DNA from: a virus
Taxonomy: Duplodnaviria; Caudoviricetes
Reading direction: 5' to 3' (one strand)
Length of the DNA: 36,044 bases
IMG/VR virus record: IMGVR_UViG_3300022909_000060
Coordinates: 1 to 36,044 of that record
Shown here: positions 16,046-25,049 of the stretch, in pieces
Layout of the letters: each line of letters opens with the position of its first letter
Position numbering within the stretch: the stretch's first letter is position 1
Made by a program: the position numbers and the translations under genes
The notes under the pieces: model-generated
Databases searched by the model: none
Seen by the model: only the letters and a program-made list of their open reading frames with translations
Told to the model about the DNA's origin: nothing

Positions 16046-17350
16046 ATGGCGGTACAAGTAAGTAGAGCTGATATTATATCACAAGAAATTTTAGATTTAC
16101 AATCTGAGACACGTTTCTTAAAACTACCAATAGATCCATATTTGGATTTATTAGGAGTTGTTCCTCTTCCATCACAAAATGCAATTATAAATGCGATAAA
16201 TAATTCTAAATATCGCTTTGTTTGTGCAGCGGTTTCTCGGCGTCAAGGAAAAACCTATATCGCAAACATTATTGGGCAATTAGTATCACTAGTTCCCAAT
16301 TCAAACATTCTCATAATGTCCCCTAACTATGCACTGTCTCAGATTTCTTTTGATTTACAGAGAAATCTTATTAAGCACTTTGATCTGGAAGTTGCAAAAG
16401 ACAATGCAAAGGACAAAGTTATAGAATTAACTAACGGGTCTACAATCCGCATGGGCTCGATAAATCAAGTAGATTCCTGCGTAGGTAGAAGTTACGACTT
16501 GATTATATTTGATGAGGCAGCGTTAGCAGACGGAAAGGATGCTTTTAATGTTGCACTTCGACCTACTCTAGATAAAGAGAATTCAAAAGCTTTGTTTATC
16601 TCTACACCTCGGGGTAGGAACAACTGGTTTGCTGAATTTTTTGATAGAGGTTTTAATGATGAATTTTCCGAATGGTGCTCGATACGAGCGACTTATCAAG
16701 ATAATCCTCGAATGTCTGAGAGCGATATTGAGGAGGCTCGAAAAAGTATGTCCGATGCTGAGTTCCGACAAGAGTACGAAGCAGATTTCAATACTTATGA
16801 AGGACAGATATGGAACTTCGATCACGAAAAATGTATAGTAAATAATGACGTTTTAGAAACTCGAAGAATGGATGTATTTGCGGGACTTGACGTTGGTTAT
16901 CGAGACCCAACTGCTTTTTGCGTTGTTGCTTATGATTGGGATGAAGGTCTGTACTATGTACTGGATGAATACCTGGACGCCGAAAAAACAACGGAACAAC
17001 ACGCGGTAGTAATTAGAGATATGATTGATAAGTATGATATTGATTATGTATATATAGATTCCGCAGCACAGCAGACTCGATATGACTTTGCACAAAATTA
17101 TGATATTTCAACTGTAAATGCAAAAAAGTCGGTACTAGATGGAATCGCTCACGTAGCGGGTATAGTTGACAATGATACTTTAATGGTCGATCAAAGATGC
17201 GGAGAAGTGTTAGCCTGCTTAGATCAATATCAATGGGATCCAAATCCAAATCTGGCAAAAGAAAAGCCAAAGCATAATCGAGCCTCACACATGGCGGATG
17301 CACTTCGATATGCTTTGTACTCTTTCGAAACAAGCCAGAGCGGGTTTTAA
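16046..17350 (+). CDS. terL: terminase large subunit, T5-like
   Basis: Walker A SRRQGKT, Walker B LIIFDEAA, ISTP, nuclease motifs GLDVG and HMADALRY. Confidence 0.95.
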   Translation: MAVQVSRADIISQEILDLQSETRFLKLPIDPYLDLLGVVPLPSQNAIINAINNSKYRFVCAAVSRRQGKTYIANIIGQLVSLVPNSNILIMSPNYALSQISFDLQRNLIKHFDLEVAKDNAKDKVIELTNGSTIRMGSINQVDSCVGRSYDLIIFDEAALADGKDAFNVALRPTLDKENSKALFISTPRGRNNWFAEFFDRGFNDEFSEWCSIRATYQDNPRMSESDIEEARKSMSDAEFRQEYEADFNTYEGQIWNFDHEKCIVNNDVLETRRMDVFAGLDVGYRDPTAFCVVAYDWDEGLYYVLDEYLDAEKTTEQHAVVIRDMIDKYDIDYVYIDSAAQQTRYDFAQNYDISTVNAKKSVLDGIAHVAGIVDNDTLMVDQRCGEVLACLDQYQWDPNPNLAKEKPKHNRASHMADALRYALYSFETSQSGF

Positions 17351-17372
17351 AGATACCTAAGAAAAATAATTA

Positions 17373-17401
17373 TTGACAAATTACCTTCCCCACGATATAA
17401 T
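17373..17401 (+). promoter_or_regulatory. consensus sigma70 promoter for the head genes
   Basis: TTGACA-17 nt-TATAAT. Confidence 0.9.
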
Positions 17402-17414
17402 TCTGGTAATAAAT

Positions 17415-17798
17415 ATGAAAAAGCTCAAGAGAGATCCAATAAAATACATTCGAGACCGAGCTAAATCCAAATACGAGAAAGGTTCTGAATGTTACATCTG
17501 TGGAAAGCAAACAGAACTTGATTTTCATCACTTTTATTCTCTTAGTCCTTTACTAAAACAGTGGCTAGGCAAAAAACAGAAAGAGAGACCGTTACACTAT
17601 ACTGATGAGTACATTGTAATTTGGAGAGATGAATTTATTGAAGAGTGTCACAGTGAGTTTTATGAAGAAACTGTAACAATCTGTCACGATCATCATTTGC
17701 AGCTTCATTCCATTTACGGAAGAAACCCTAGCCTTGGAACTGCTAAAAAGCAGAAAAGGTGGGTAGAGATTCAAAGAGAAAAACATGGCTTGGTATAA
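17415..17798 (+). CDS. HNH-type (nicking) endonuclease between terL and portal
   Basis: CYICG..LDFHH and TICHDHH..LH motifs; same position as the T5 nuclease; ATG 17415 (the track start lies in the -35 box). Confidence 0.8.
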   Translation: MKKLKRDPIKYIRDRAKSKYEKGSECYICGKQTELDFHHFYSLSPLLKQWLGKKQKERPLHYTDEYIVIWRDEFIEECHSEFYEETVTICHDHHLQLHSIYGRNPSLGTAKKQKRWVEIQREKHGLV

Positions 17799-18981
17799 AT
17801 TTGGGTTTGGCTCTAAAAAAGATACGGAGATTGAGGAAAAACTCAATCCGATTCAGCCGTACTATAATAATATTACAGAGCCTTCTCGTGAATTTACTTA
17901 TAGCTATGAGCGCGCGTATGAAGACCTTGAAATTGTCAATCGAGGCGTAAATATTGTCGTAGATGACTGTGCAGAAATTGACGCAATTGTACACCAAGAA
18001 AATTCATTTCCGGGTGCAGTAAAGGGCGTAAAAGCGAGCAAAGTATCAACACTTTTAAACCGCGAGCCTAATCCTTTTCAAGATATTTCTTCTTTCCGCA
18101 GAAACTTATTCACAGACTATATTTTAGACGGAAATATCTTTATTTATTTTGATGGTGTACACCTATACCATCTTCCTGCTAGTAAAATGACTATTCACGC
18201 TAGTAGGACTACTTTCGTTGATTATTACTCTTTCGACGGAGGACAAAATTTTAACACAGACGAGATTATTCATATTAAAGAAAACTCGTTTTACTCTATT
18301 TACCGTGGAGTTTCTCGATTAAAGCCAGCGTTAAGAACAATGGTTTTAATGAAGAATATGCGAGATTTTCAAGATAACTTCTTTAAAAATGGCGCTGTTC
18401 CAGGCCTTGTTCTTAAATCTCCAAATACTCTGTCTGAAAAAATTAAAGAGCGTATGATTCAATCTTGGACTGCTCGATACAAGCCAGATGCTGGAGGCAG
18501 ACGCCCTCTTATTCTTGATGGTGGCATCGAAGTAGATAAAATCTCAAACGTAAACTTTCGTGAAATGGACTTTCAATCGGCAATTCAAGAAAACGAAAAA
18601 ATTATTTTAAAATCTATTGGAGTACCTCCAATTTTATTAGATTCAGGAAATAATGCAAACATTCGTCCAAATATGCGTTTGTATTATCTAGAAACAATAA
18701 TGCCTATTGTAGAAAAATTAAATGCAGGATATAGTAGGTATTTTGGATTTAATATAGGTGAAGATATTACGAATATTCCTGCCTTACAGCCTGAGCTACG
18801 AGACCAAGCAACTTTTTATACTTCTCTCGTAAATGCAGGAATCATTACCCCAAATGAAGCACGAGTAGCAATGAACTTTGATGAACTACCCGATGCTGAT
18901 GAAATTAGAGTACCTGCTAATATAGCAGGAAGCGCTGTCGAGCCTAGTCTCGGCGGAAGGCCCACAGAAGGAGAAGAATAG
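17785..18981 (+). CDS. portal protein, HK97 family
   Basis: LLNREPNPFQ, LDGNIF, EIIHIK, FFKNGAVPGLVL, GVPPILL, GIITPNEAR. Confidence 0.95.
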   Translation: MAWYKFGFGSKKDTEIEEKLNPIQPYYNNITEPSREFTYSYERAYEDLEIVNRGVNIVVDDCAEIDAIVHQENSFPGAVKGVKASKVSTLLNREPNPFQDISSFRRNLFTDYILDGNIFIYFDGVHLYHLPASKMTIHASRTTFVDYYSFDGGQNFNTDEIIHIKENSFYSIYRGVSRLKPALRTMVLMKNMRDFQDNFFKNGAVPGLVLKSPNTLSEKIKERMIQSWTARYKPDAGGRRPLILDGGIEVDKISNVNFREMDFQSAIQENEKIILKSIGVPPILLDSGNNANIRPNMRLYYLETIMPIVEKLNAGYSRYFGFNIGEDITNIPALQPELRDQATFYTSLVNAGIITPNEARVAMNFDELPDADEIRVPANIAGSAVEPSLGGRPTEGEE

Positions 18982-19287
18982 ATGGCAGTTAGACAAAAAC
19001 AGCTAGTTTTGGACATTGCATATAAGCACTTCAAAGAATTTGAACTGCCACTCGACATTGAGTATAAGTCTTACATGAATATCGTTGGGCCTAAAGAAGC
19101 TCTTCACGCTATTTCAGTTAAGCGCAGCTTTAAAGCATGGAAGTATTTAATTCACGCGTTAAAAGTCGCTCATCCAGATTTATTGGAGCCGCCTAAGCCC
19201 GCACCAACCCCTGCACCAAAGGCAGTCAAGCCTAGTCCTTTGAGCAAGCCTGCCCCTGCAGAAGAAATGGATAGTGACGATGAATAA
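18982..19287 (+). CDS. hypothetical protein with Pro-rich tail
   Basis: ORF between portal and protease. Confidence 0.65.
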   Translation: MAVRQKQLVLDIAYKHFKEFELPLDIEYKSYMNIVGPKEALHAISVKRSFKAWKYLIHALKVAHPDLLEPPKPAPTPAPKAVKPSPLSKPAPAEEMDSDDE

Positions 19288-21304
19288 GATTTTTAATCTA
19301 ACTTCTACGTTCAAGTCTTTAGATATAGATGACGATGGGGGCGTACATATTTGTGGTATGGCTAGTACCTCTGATTTTGATCGTGCAGGCGATACTATTG
19401 ATGCAACTGCGTGGACAAAAGGTGGTTTAGCCAATTTTGAAAAGAATCCTATTATTCTTTTTAATCATGACTATAACCACCCAATTGGTAGAGCAACTGG
19501 TGTCAAGGTCACTGAAAACGGCCTTGAGCTAAAAGCAAAAATTTCAAAAAGTGCTGTAGTACCTTCTGGTGCTGTAGCGGACCTTGTTAAAGACGGTGTC
19601 CTTGGAGCCTTTTCTGTCGGTTTCCGAGTCAAGGATGCTGATTATCTTAGTGAAACCGACGGATTAAAGATTAAGGATGCTGAATTATTCGAGGTATCAG
19701 TTGTATCTGTACCTTGTAATCAGGCAGCAACTTTTTCATTGGCTAAGTCTTTTGACTCAATAGATGAGTACGAAGATTTCAAAAAACAATTTAAAAACTG
19801 TGTGGATCTAGCCGGTCAGTCTCTGGCTAAAACTGAAGATTCAGAAGTAGCTAGTGACACACCGGAAAGGGACTACAAAGTCCAAAAGGAGATCAAAATG
19901 TCGGAAGAGAACAAAACTCCCGAAATCGACCTGGAAGCATTCGCGAAGCGCGTAGCAGATGAGACTGCTGCAAAGATCGCAATGAAGCAGGCTGAAGAAA
20001 AAGCTGCTGCAGAGAAAGCTGCTGCAGAAGCTCAAGAGAAAGCTGCTGCAGAAGCAGAAGCAAAAGCTGCTCAAGAAGAAGAAGTAAAGTCAGCTATCAA
20101 AGTTGGCGTTGAGTCAGGCGCTGAGCGCTTGGTTGCTGACGTTGAAGCTAAGCTGGCTGAAAAAGATGCTTCTATTGAAGAAGTACTCGCTAAGTACAAG
20201 GCTGACTTGGAAGAGAAGAACGAAGAGCTTACCAAAATGCGTGAGTCTAAGCGCGTATTTGCTGACCGTGCAGAAAAGGGCGACCTTTCTAAGTGGGGCA
20301 AAGACTTTATGTATGGCCACCTTCTCGGCGTAATGACTGGCAAGGGCTGGGATACTGACTATTCACGTGGTATTATGGAAAAGGCCGGTATCAACTATGC
20401 AGCTAACGCTGCTGATATTGCACAAGAAGTTTCTACTCGTATCGAGAAAGAAATTATGCTTGAGCTGAAGCTTGCACAAGCATTCCGTGAGCTTACTATC
20501 AATTCTCAGACTCAGGTACTGCCGATTCAAACTGATGCAGGTCCTGCAGCTTGGGGTTCAAACACTGATACAGCAGGTAACTTGGAGAACCGTCCAGAAG
20601 TTACTAACGCTCAGTACAATGCTAAGCAAGTAATCCTGAAAGCTACTCGATTGATTTCGACCACTTTCATGGACAACAACATTGATGAAGAAGTTCTTGT
20701 TAACTTGATGCCAATGCTTGTTGAGTCTGTTGCACGTGCTCACGCTCGCGCTGTAGACAATGCTATCATTAACGGTACTTCTGGTGGTGCTGAAGGCTTT
20801 AACGGTCTTGAGGCTCTTGCTGGTACTAACCTGTTTGCAACTGATGTTACTGCTGCCGGTGTTGGTGCTGTTACTGCATCTGACTTCTTGGACGCACGTA
20901 AGCTGATGGGTAAGTATGGCATGATGCCTGAAGACTTGGTATACGTTGTATCGCAGAAGCGTTACTACGACCTGATTGCTGATGCTGGCTTTGCTGACAT
21001 CACTGATGTAGGTTCAGACGTTGCTACCAAGATCACTGGTTCAGTTGGTGCTATCTACGGTACTCCTGTAGTAGTATCTGACCAACTCGAAGCAGAAGCT
21101 GCAAGTGCCTCTATGGGCTACGCTGTTAACGTTCGAAACCACGTAATTCCTCGTCTCCGCGGTGTATCTGTAGAGCAAGATTACGAAGTACTAAACCAGC
21201 GTCGAGTAATCGTTGCTAGCCAGTCTCTTGGCTTCAACCAGCTCGTTGCTAACAACGGTACTACTGACGTATCTGTTGTTAAGATTGTCCAAGCGGCATC
21301 TTAA
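19280..21304 (+). CDS. prohead protease fused in-frame to the HK97-fold major capsid protein
   Basis: Protease motifs DRAGD, ILFNHD..PIG, FSVGF, EVSVVSVPCN; then Ala/Glu/Lys scaffolding domain and capsid fold; no stop between them; start may be GTG 19274. Confidence 0.92.
   Translation: MNKIFNLTSTFKSLDIDDDGGVHICGMASTSDFDRAGDTIDATAWTKGGLANFEKNPIILFNHDYNHPIGRATGVKVTENGLELKAKISKSAVVPSGAVADLVKDGVLGAFSVGFRVKDADYLSETDGLKIKDAELFEVSVVSVPCNQAATFSLAKSFDSIDEYEDFKKQFKNCVDLAGQSLAKTEDSEVASDTPERDYKVQKEIKMSEENKTPEIDLEAFAKRVADETAAKIAMKQAEEKAAAEKAAAEAQEKAAAEAEAKAAQEEEVKSAIKVGVESGAERLVADVEAKLAEKDASIEEVLAKYKADLEEKNEELTKMRESKRVFADRAEKGDLSKWGKDFMYGHLLGVMTGKGWDTDYSRGIMEKAGINYAANAADIAQEVSTRIEKEIMLELKLAQAFRELTINSQTQVLPIQTDAGPAAWGSNTDTAGNLENRPEVTNAQYNAKQVILKATRLISTTFMDNNIDEEVLVNLMPMLVESVARAHARAVDNAIINGTSGGAEGFNGLEALAGTNLFATDVTAAGVGAVTASDFLDARKLMGKYGMMPEDLVYVVSQKRYYDLIADAGFADITDVGSDVATKITGSVGAIYGTPVVVSDQLEAEAASASMGYAVNVRNHVIPRLRGVSVEQDYEVLNQRRVIVASQSLGFNQLVANNGTTDVSVVKIVQAAS
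19898..21304 (+). CDS. major capsid protein from an internal in-frame start, 468 aa
   Basis: AAGGAG-6 nt-ATG at 19898, in frame with the protease. Confidence 0.8.
   Translation: MSEENKTPEIDLEAFAKRVADETAAKIAMKQAEEKAAAEKAAAEAQEKAAAEAEAKAAQEEEVKSAIKVGVESGAERLVADVEAKLAEKDASIEEVLAKYKADLEEKNEELTKMRESKRVFADRAEKGDLSKWGKDFMYGHLLGVMTGKGWDTDYSRGIMEKAGINYAANAADIAQEVSTRIEKEIMLELKLAQAFRELTINSQTQVLPIQTDAGPAAWGSNTDTAGNLENRPEVTNAQYNAKQVILKATRLISTTFMDNNIDEEVLVNLMPMLVESVARAHARAVDNAIINGTSGGAEGFNGLEALAGTNLFATDVTAAGVGAVTASDFLDARKLMGKYGMMPEDLVYVVSQKRYYDLIADAGFADITDVGSDVATKITGSVGAIYGTPVVVSDQLEAEAASASMGYAVNVRNHVIPRLRGVSVEQDYEVLNQRRVIVASQSLGFNQLVANNGTTDVSVVKIVQAAS
19990..20075 (+). repeat. coding EKAAAE-type repeats in the capsid scaffolding domain
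   Basis: AAAGCTGCTGCAGA occurs three times, plus a partial copy. Confidence 0.7.
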
Positions 21305-21315
21305 TATACTTTTAC

Positions 21316-21346
21316 AAACTGGGGAGGTTCGCCTCCCCAAGTTTTT
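21316..21346 (+). terminator. Rho-independent terminator after the capsid gene
   Basis: GGGGAGG-TTCG-CCTCCCC stem-loop followed by a T tract. Confidence 0.9.
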
Positions 21347-21358
21347 ACTAATTGATTT

Positions 21359-21940
21359 ATGGCAGATTTAATTACATTAGAAGAGTATAAAGACTCTAAA
21401 AACTTGTCAAGTGTCAAAGATGATGCTCGTCTTCGCACACTTATTGAATCCGTAAGTCAATTAGTAAAAACTTACTGTGGCAATTCAATTATTGACCACT
21501 ACTCTACAAACAAAGTAGAAACTTTTAATATTAACTGGCATACTCATATTGTTCAACTTACAGAAAGTCCTGTAAATACAATCGTATCTGTAGAAGAAAG
21601 AAATACCTACGAAGACTCTTATAATACTTTAACTACTGCTGCCTATGAATATTATTTTGATGCTACTACAGATAGTGTTATTCGTACAACAGGTGGAAGT
21701 AGTTATAAGAACTGGAGGCAAGGGCCAGGAGCGGTTCGTGTAACTTATACTGCAGGATACGCAGAAACTCCTGCAGATTTAAAACTTGCTTGTCTCGATT
21801 TGGTACAATATTATCATAAAGAAGAGCATACTCAACGCCGAACTCTCGCAGGTGCTACTGTTGAAAATCCTGGCACTGGAGACGGAAGAGGATTCCCTGA
21901 CCACATTAAACGTGTCTTGGATATGTATAAGAACTTTTAA
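21359..21940 (+). CDS. head completion / head-tail connector
   Basis: LITLEEYK...VKTYC, VRVTYTAGY..TPADLKLA, FPDHIKRVLD.Y. Confidence 0.85.
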   Translation: MADLITLEEYKDSKNLSSVKDDARLRTLIESVSQLVKTYCGNSIIDHYSTNKVETFNINWHTHIVQLTESPVNTIVSVEERNTYEDSYNTLTTAAYEYYFDATTDSVIRTTGGSSYKNWRQGPGAVRVTYTAGYAETPADLKLACLDLVQYYHKEEHTQRRTLAGATVENPGTGDGRGFPDHIKRVLDMYKNF

Positions 21941-23283
21941 TGTCTAAGACCGCATTAGATGAAGCTATAAAAGGCATAAAGCGTAGGCTAGAAAAAGACT
22001 CACAGACTTATAGAAGTTTAGTTTCTGATAAAAAAGTTCATTCAATTACAGTTAGTGAACAAAAACTTAAAACTCAAATAAAAAAAGAAATGTTATCTAG
22101 GGGAGGGTATCGAGAAGGTCAACTTCCTCAAAGTATTATAGATATAATTGATACTGAAGTTCCTAAAATGTGTAAAGGTATGTATGAAGATTTTCGAAAT
22201 TTTAATACAGATACTAAGCAAACTGAAGTTAAAGATTTACGAGGAAATTCAAAAAGATTTACTTTTATTTTAAGTGCTAAACCAGGAAAAACAGCCAATA
22301 TTTTCAATCAGTTTAGACTAATAAAGCAAGAAAATCAAAGAGACCTAATAAAGAAATTAAAGGCTCAAATAAAAAAATTAAATAAAAGTAGATCAGAAAA
22401 TAATAAAATTAGAAATATTACACGAAACTTTCTTGATATTGGACACCAAGAAGGTTCTGCCGTATCAGAACAAAGAAAACAAGAAGTAGAAAAAGCCTTA
22501 TTTGACTGGTCCTCTGACAATAACAATCCTATTGTTAAACAGTTTTTAAAAGAATTACAAAGTATTACTAATTTTAAAATTACTAAAAATTCTTCAAAAG
22601 GCTCCGCAGATACAGTAAAAGTAGAATTAGAAAGTAAATTTCTCAATAGACAAAGGGGCGGTAGTATAGAAAAAGCTGCTGGTATTCAACTAACAGAAGA
22701 TATCCAAGCTATTATAGAAAAAATGGATGCGTTTACTTGGGTGAATCAAGAAGGCTCTGATTCTAAGTTTACAAAAATTAAAAAAACTGTAAAAAATCCT
22801 TTTGCTAAGGTATCTAAGAAAAATAAAAAAATAAAAACAAATTTTTCGGAAGAAAAAATAACATATGGAAAAAGTAGGGGAAGCACAAAAAGTAAAACCA
22901 CAAAAGCAACTGCTTCTAAATATAAAGATAGGACGCCAGTAGCTATAGAAGGATTTGACTCTAATGATAGACAAAGCTTATTTCAATTAGCAGTATTGAT
23001 TAACCAAAAATTACCACAAACAGTTGCGAATAATATGGGAGACCCTCGCTTGAACTATAGAAGTGGTAGATTTGCTTCTTCTGTAAAAGTCACTGAAGTA
23101 ATGGCGACTAAAAAAGGCTACCCAAGTATTGGATACACCTACCAAAAAAATCCCTATCAAACTTTTGAACGGGGGTACGCTAAGGGCTCAGACGATAGAG
23201 ACCCTAGAAAATTGATTGATGCGTCCATAAGAGAAATTGCTGCCGAAATGGCAATTGGAAGATTTTTTACGAGGAGAGTGTAA
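21940..23283 (+). CDS. tail completion protein, T5-like, long and Lys-rich
   Basis: C-terminal LNYRSGRFASSV...PYQTFE...RDPRKLI..SIREIA; synteny. Confidence 0.65.
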   Translation: MSKTALDEAIKGIKRRLEKDSQTYRSLVSDKKVHSITVSEQKLKTQIKKEMLSRGGYREGQLPQSIIDIIDTEVPKMCKGMYEDFRNFNTDTKQTEVKDLRGNSKRFTFILSAKPGKTANIFNQFRLIKQENQRDLIKKLKAQIKKLNKSRSENNKIRNITRNFLDIGHQEGSAVSEQRKQEVEKALFDWSSDNNNPIVKQFLKELQSITNFKITKNSSKGSADTVKVELESKFLNRQRGGSIEKAAGIQLTEDIQAIIEKMDAFTWVNQEGSDSKFTKIKKTVKNPFAKVSKKNKKIKTNFSEEKITYGKSRGSTKSKTTKATASKYKDRTPVAIEGFDSNDRQSLFQLAVLINQKLPQTVANNMGDPRLNYRSGRFASSVKVTEVMATKKGYPSIGYTYQKNPYQTFERGYAKGSDDRDPRKLIDASIREIAAEMAIGRFFTRRV

Positions 23284-23745
23284 ATGAGCACGGATGTAAA
23301 AAGAATTTATTCTACTCGTCGTATGTCTATTGTAAATGCTCTAACAGAAAAGTTAAAAGAAATTGACGGAGATGGAGAATTTCATAGTAATTTATTCGGA
23401 AATGTACATCCTCGACTAAAATTTTGGGATGAAGTAGAGGAGTTTCCCGCTGTACATTTGAACGCAGGACAAGAAACACGAGACTATCAAGGTGCAGGGT
23501 ATAAGGATAGGTTTCTATCGGTTACTGTAAGAATGTATGTAAATGAAGAAGATGCAGTAGATGCACTTGATATGTTAATTGAAGATATTGAGACAGTTAT
23601 TGAGAAAAATTCTCGATTGGCGTATATAGACCGCAGAGGAGCTACTCAGTACACTCAACAAATTTCCATTGTTAGTATTACAACTGACGAAGGAGTGCTT
23701 GAACCGCTGGGGGTAGGAGAAATCTTACTTGAGGTTCGCTATTAG
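23284..23745 (+). CDS. tail terminator
   Basis: KFWDEVEEFPAV..G.E.R.Y, TDEGVL.P.GVGE; precedes the tail tube gene. Confidence 0.8.
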   Translation: MSTDVKRIYSTRRMSIVNALTEKLKEIDGDGEFHSNLFGNVHPRLKFWDEVEEFPAVHLNAGQETRDYQGAGYKDRFLSVTVRMYVNEEDAVDALDMLIEDIETVIEKNSRLAYIDRRGATQYTQQISIVSITTDEGVLEPLGVGEILLEVRY

Positions 23746-23788
23746 AGACGACTGGCAAGAACAAAGGTTCACGTCCAAGTCCTCTCTA
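23743..23788 (+). promoter_or_regulatory. interrupted RNA hairpin in the leader of the major tail gene
   Basis: TAGAGA/TCTCTA, GACT/AGTC, GG/CC and GAAC/GTTC nested pairings; no U tract; ends 6 nt before AGGAG. Confidence 0.5.
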
Positions 23789-23806
23789 CAACATAGGAGA
23801 TAAACT

Positions 23807-24913
23807 ATGGCAACATTACAATTTAGTAGAAATACTAAAGTCTATCTTGAACAGGGTTCAAATATCTGGGAAATTCCTGTACTTGATGGCTATTCATTTT
23901 CTCAAGCGACAAATGCTTCAGAGATTACTTTAAACGAAATGTCAAGCAGCGCGGGAGTATCTCGTCGTGCTCGTCAAATGTTTACCGACTCTTATGCACC
24001 TGCTGAGTGGTCTTTCGCTTCTTATGTTCGTCCAAATACAGGCGGCTGTGTAGAAGAGGCTCTCTGGGCAAACTTTGTAGCTGTAAACGGGTATACTTCT
24101 GGCACTGATACTTGGACTGCCGGCGTAACCAAGTCTAGCCCCTCCACTACATTTGACTTCGATGATTCAAATAGCACTACTCTTGGCATTTTTAATCTAT
24201 ACTTTGTTCTAGGTGCCTGCGGAGATGCAGATGAAAATTACACTAGTGGAGAAGGCAAGTATTCTATTTATAAAATAGAAAACTGTGTAGCAAACTCTGC
24301 CTCTATTGATTTTGAAATTGATGGTATTGCTACAATCAACTGGAGTGGTTTTGGTAAAATTATCACTGAAGTTGCAGATTTTGATGCTTCAGGAACTCTT
24401 GATACAAGCACTACCTCTACAAGTAACTTTATTCGAAACCGGCTTACTTCTTTAACAGTTACAGCTACCGACAGTACTACCTTTCCCGGTGCTTCAAGCA
24501 ACGGCGTTTACAACGTAACTCTTACTGGAGGTAATGTTACTTTTGAGAATAATATTACTTATCTAACTCCTGAGACTCTTTGTACTGTAAATCAGCCTCT
24601 TGAGCACGTAACTGGTACTCGTAGTATTTCGGGTAACTTTACCTGCTATTTGGATGGAACTACGGGCGGAAGCGAAGATCTTTTCGAAGATATTATCGAA
24701 GCAACGAGTACTGTTACAAATGAGTTTGCTTTGTCTTTCTCTATTGGAGGAGCAAATGCACCTAAAGTTGTAATTTCAATGCCTCAGTGTCACTTGGAAG
24801 TCCCTCAGCACTCTATTGAAGATGTTATTTCAGTAGATACTACGTTCCACGCACTACCAAGCACAGTAAGCGAAACCGATGAAGCAACTATTGCATACAC
24901 CGGCGCAGCTTAA
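23807..24913 (+). CDS. major tail tube protein, T5 pb6-like
   Basis: SRNTKVY..WEIPVLDGYSFSQ, PAEWSF.SYVRP, TGTRSISG.FTCYL; AGGAG SD. Confidence 0.88.
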   Translation: MATLQFSRNTKVYLEQGSNIWEIPVLDGYSFSQATNASEITLNEMSSSAGVSRRARQMFTDSYAPAEWSFASYVRPNTGGCVEEALWANFVAVNGYTSGTDTWTAGVTKSSPSTTFDFDDSNSTTLGIFNLYFVLGACGDADENYTSGEGKYSIYKIENCVANSASIDFEIDGIATINWSGFGKIITEVADFDASGTLDTSTTSTSNFIRNRLTSLTVTATDSTTFPGASSNGVYNVTLTGGNVTFENNITYLTPETLCTVNQPLEHVTGTRSISGNFTCYLDGTTGGSEDLFEDIIEATSTVTNEFALSFSIGGANAPKVVISMPQCHLEVPQHSIEDVISVDTTFHALPSTVSETDEATIAYTGAA

Positions 24914-24928
24914 TTATATACTTGACTC

Positions 24929-24952
24929 AAAACCCGCTTCGGCGGGTTTTTT
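24929..24952 (+). terminator. Rho-independent terminator
   Basis: AAAACCCGC-TTCG-GCGGGTTTTTT. Confidence 0.92.
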
Positions 24953-24976
24953 ATTACTCCTTCAAAAAAATACTTC

Positions 24977-25005
24977 TTGACTTTTTAGCTTCTCTAAACT
25001 ATAAT
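24977..25005 (+). promoter_or_regulatory. sigma70 promoter for the chaperone, tape measure and tip genes
   Basis: TTGACT-17 nt-TATAAT with upstream A7 tract. Confidence 0.85.
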
Positions 25006-25049
25006 TACAAAATAAATAATTTTTTACTCTCACAAAAAAGGATATATAA

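Noticed and set aside
17415-17798. HNH gene as a mobile homing endonuclease
   Set aside because: Its position between terL and portal matches the resident T5-type nuclease, and no intron context is present
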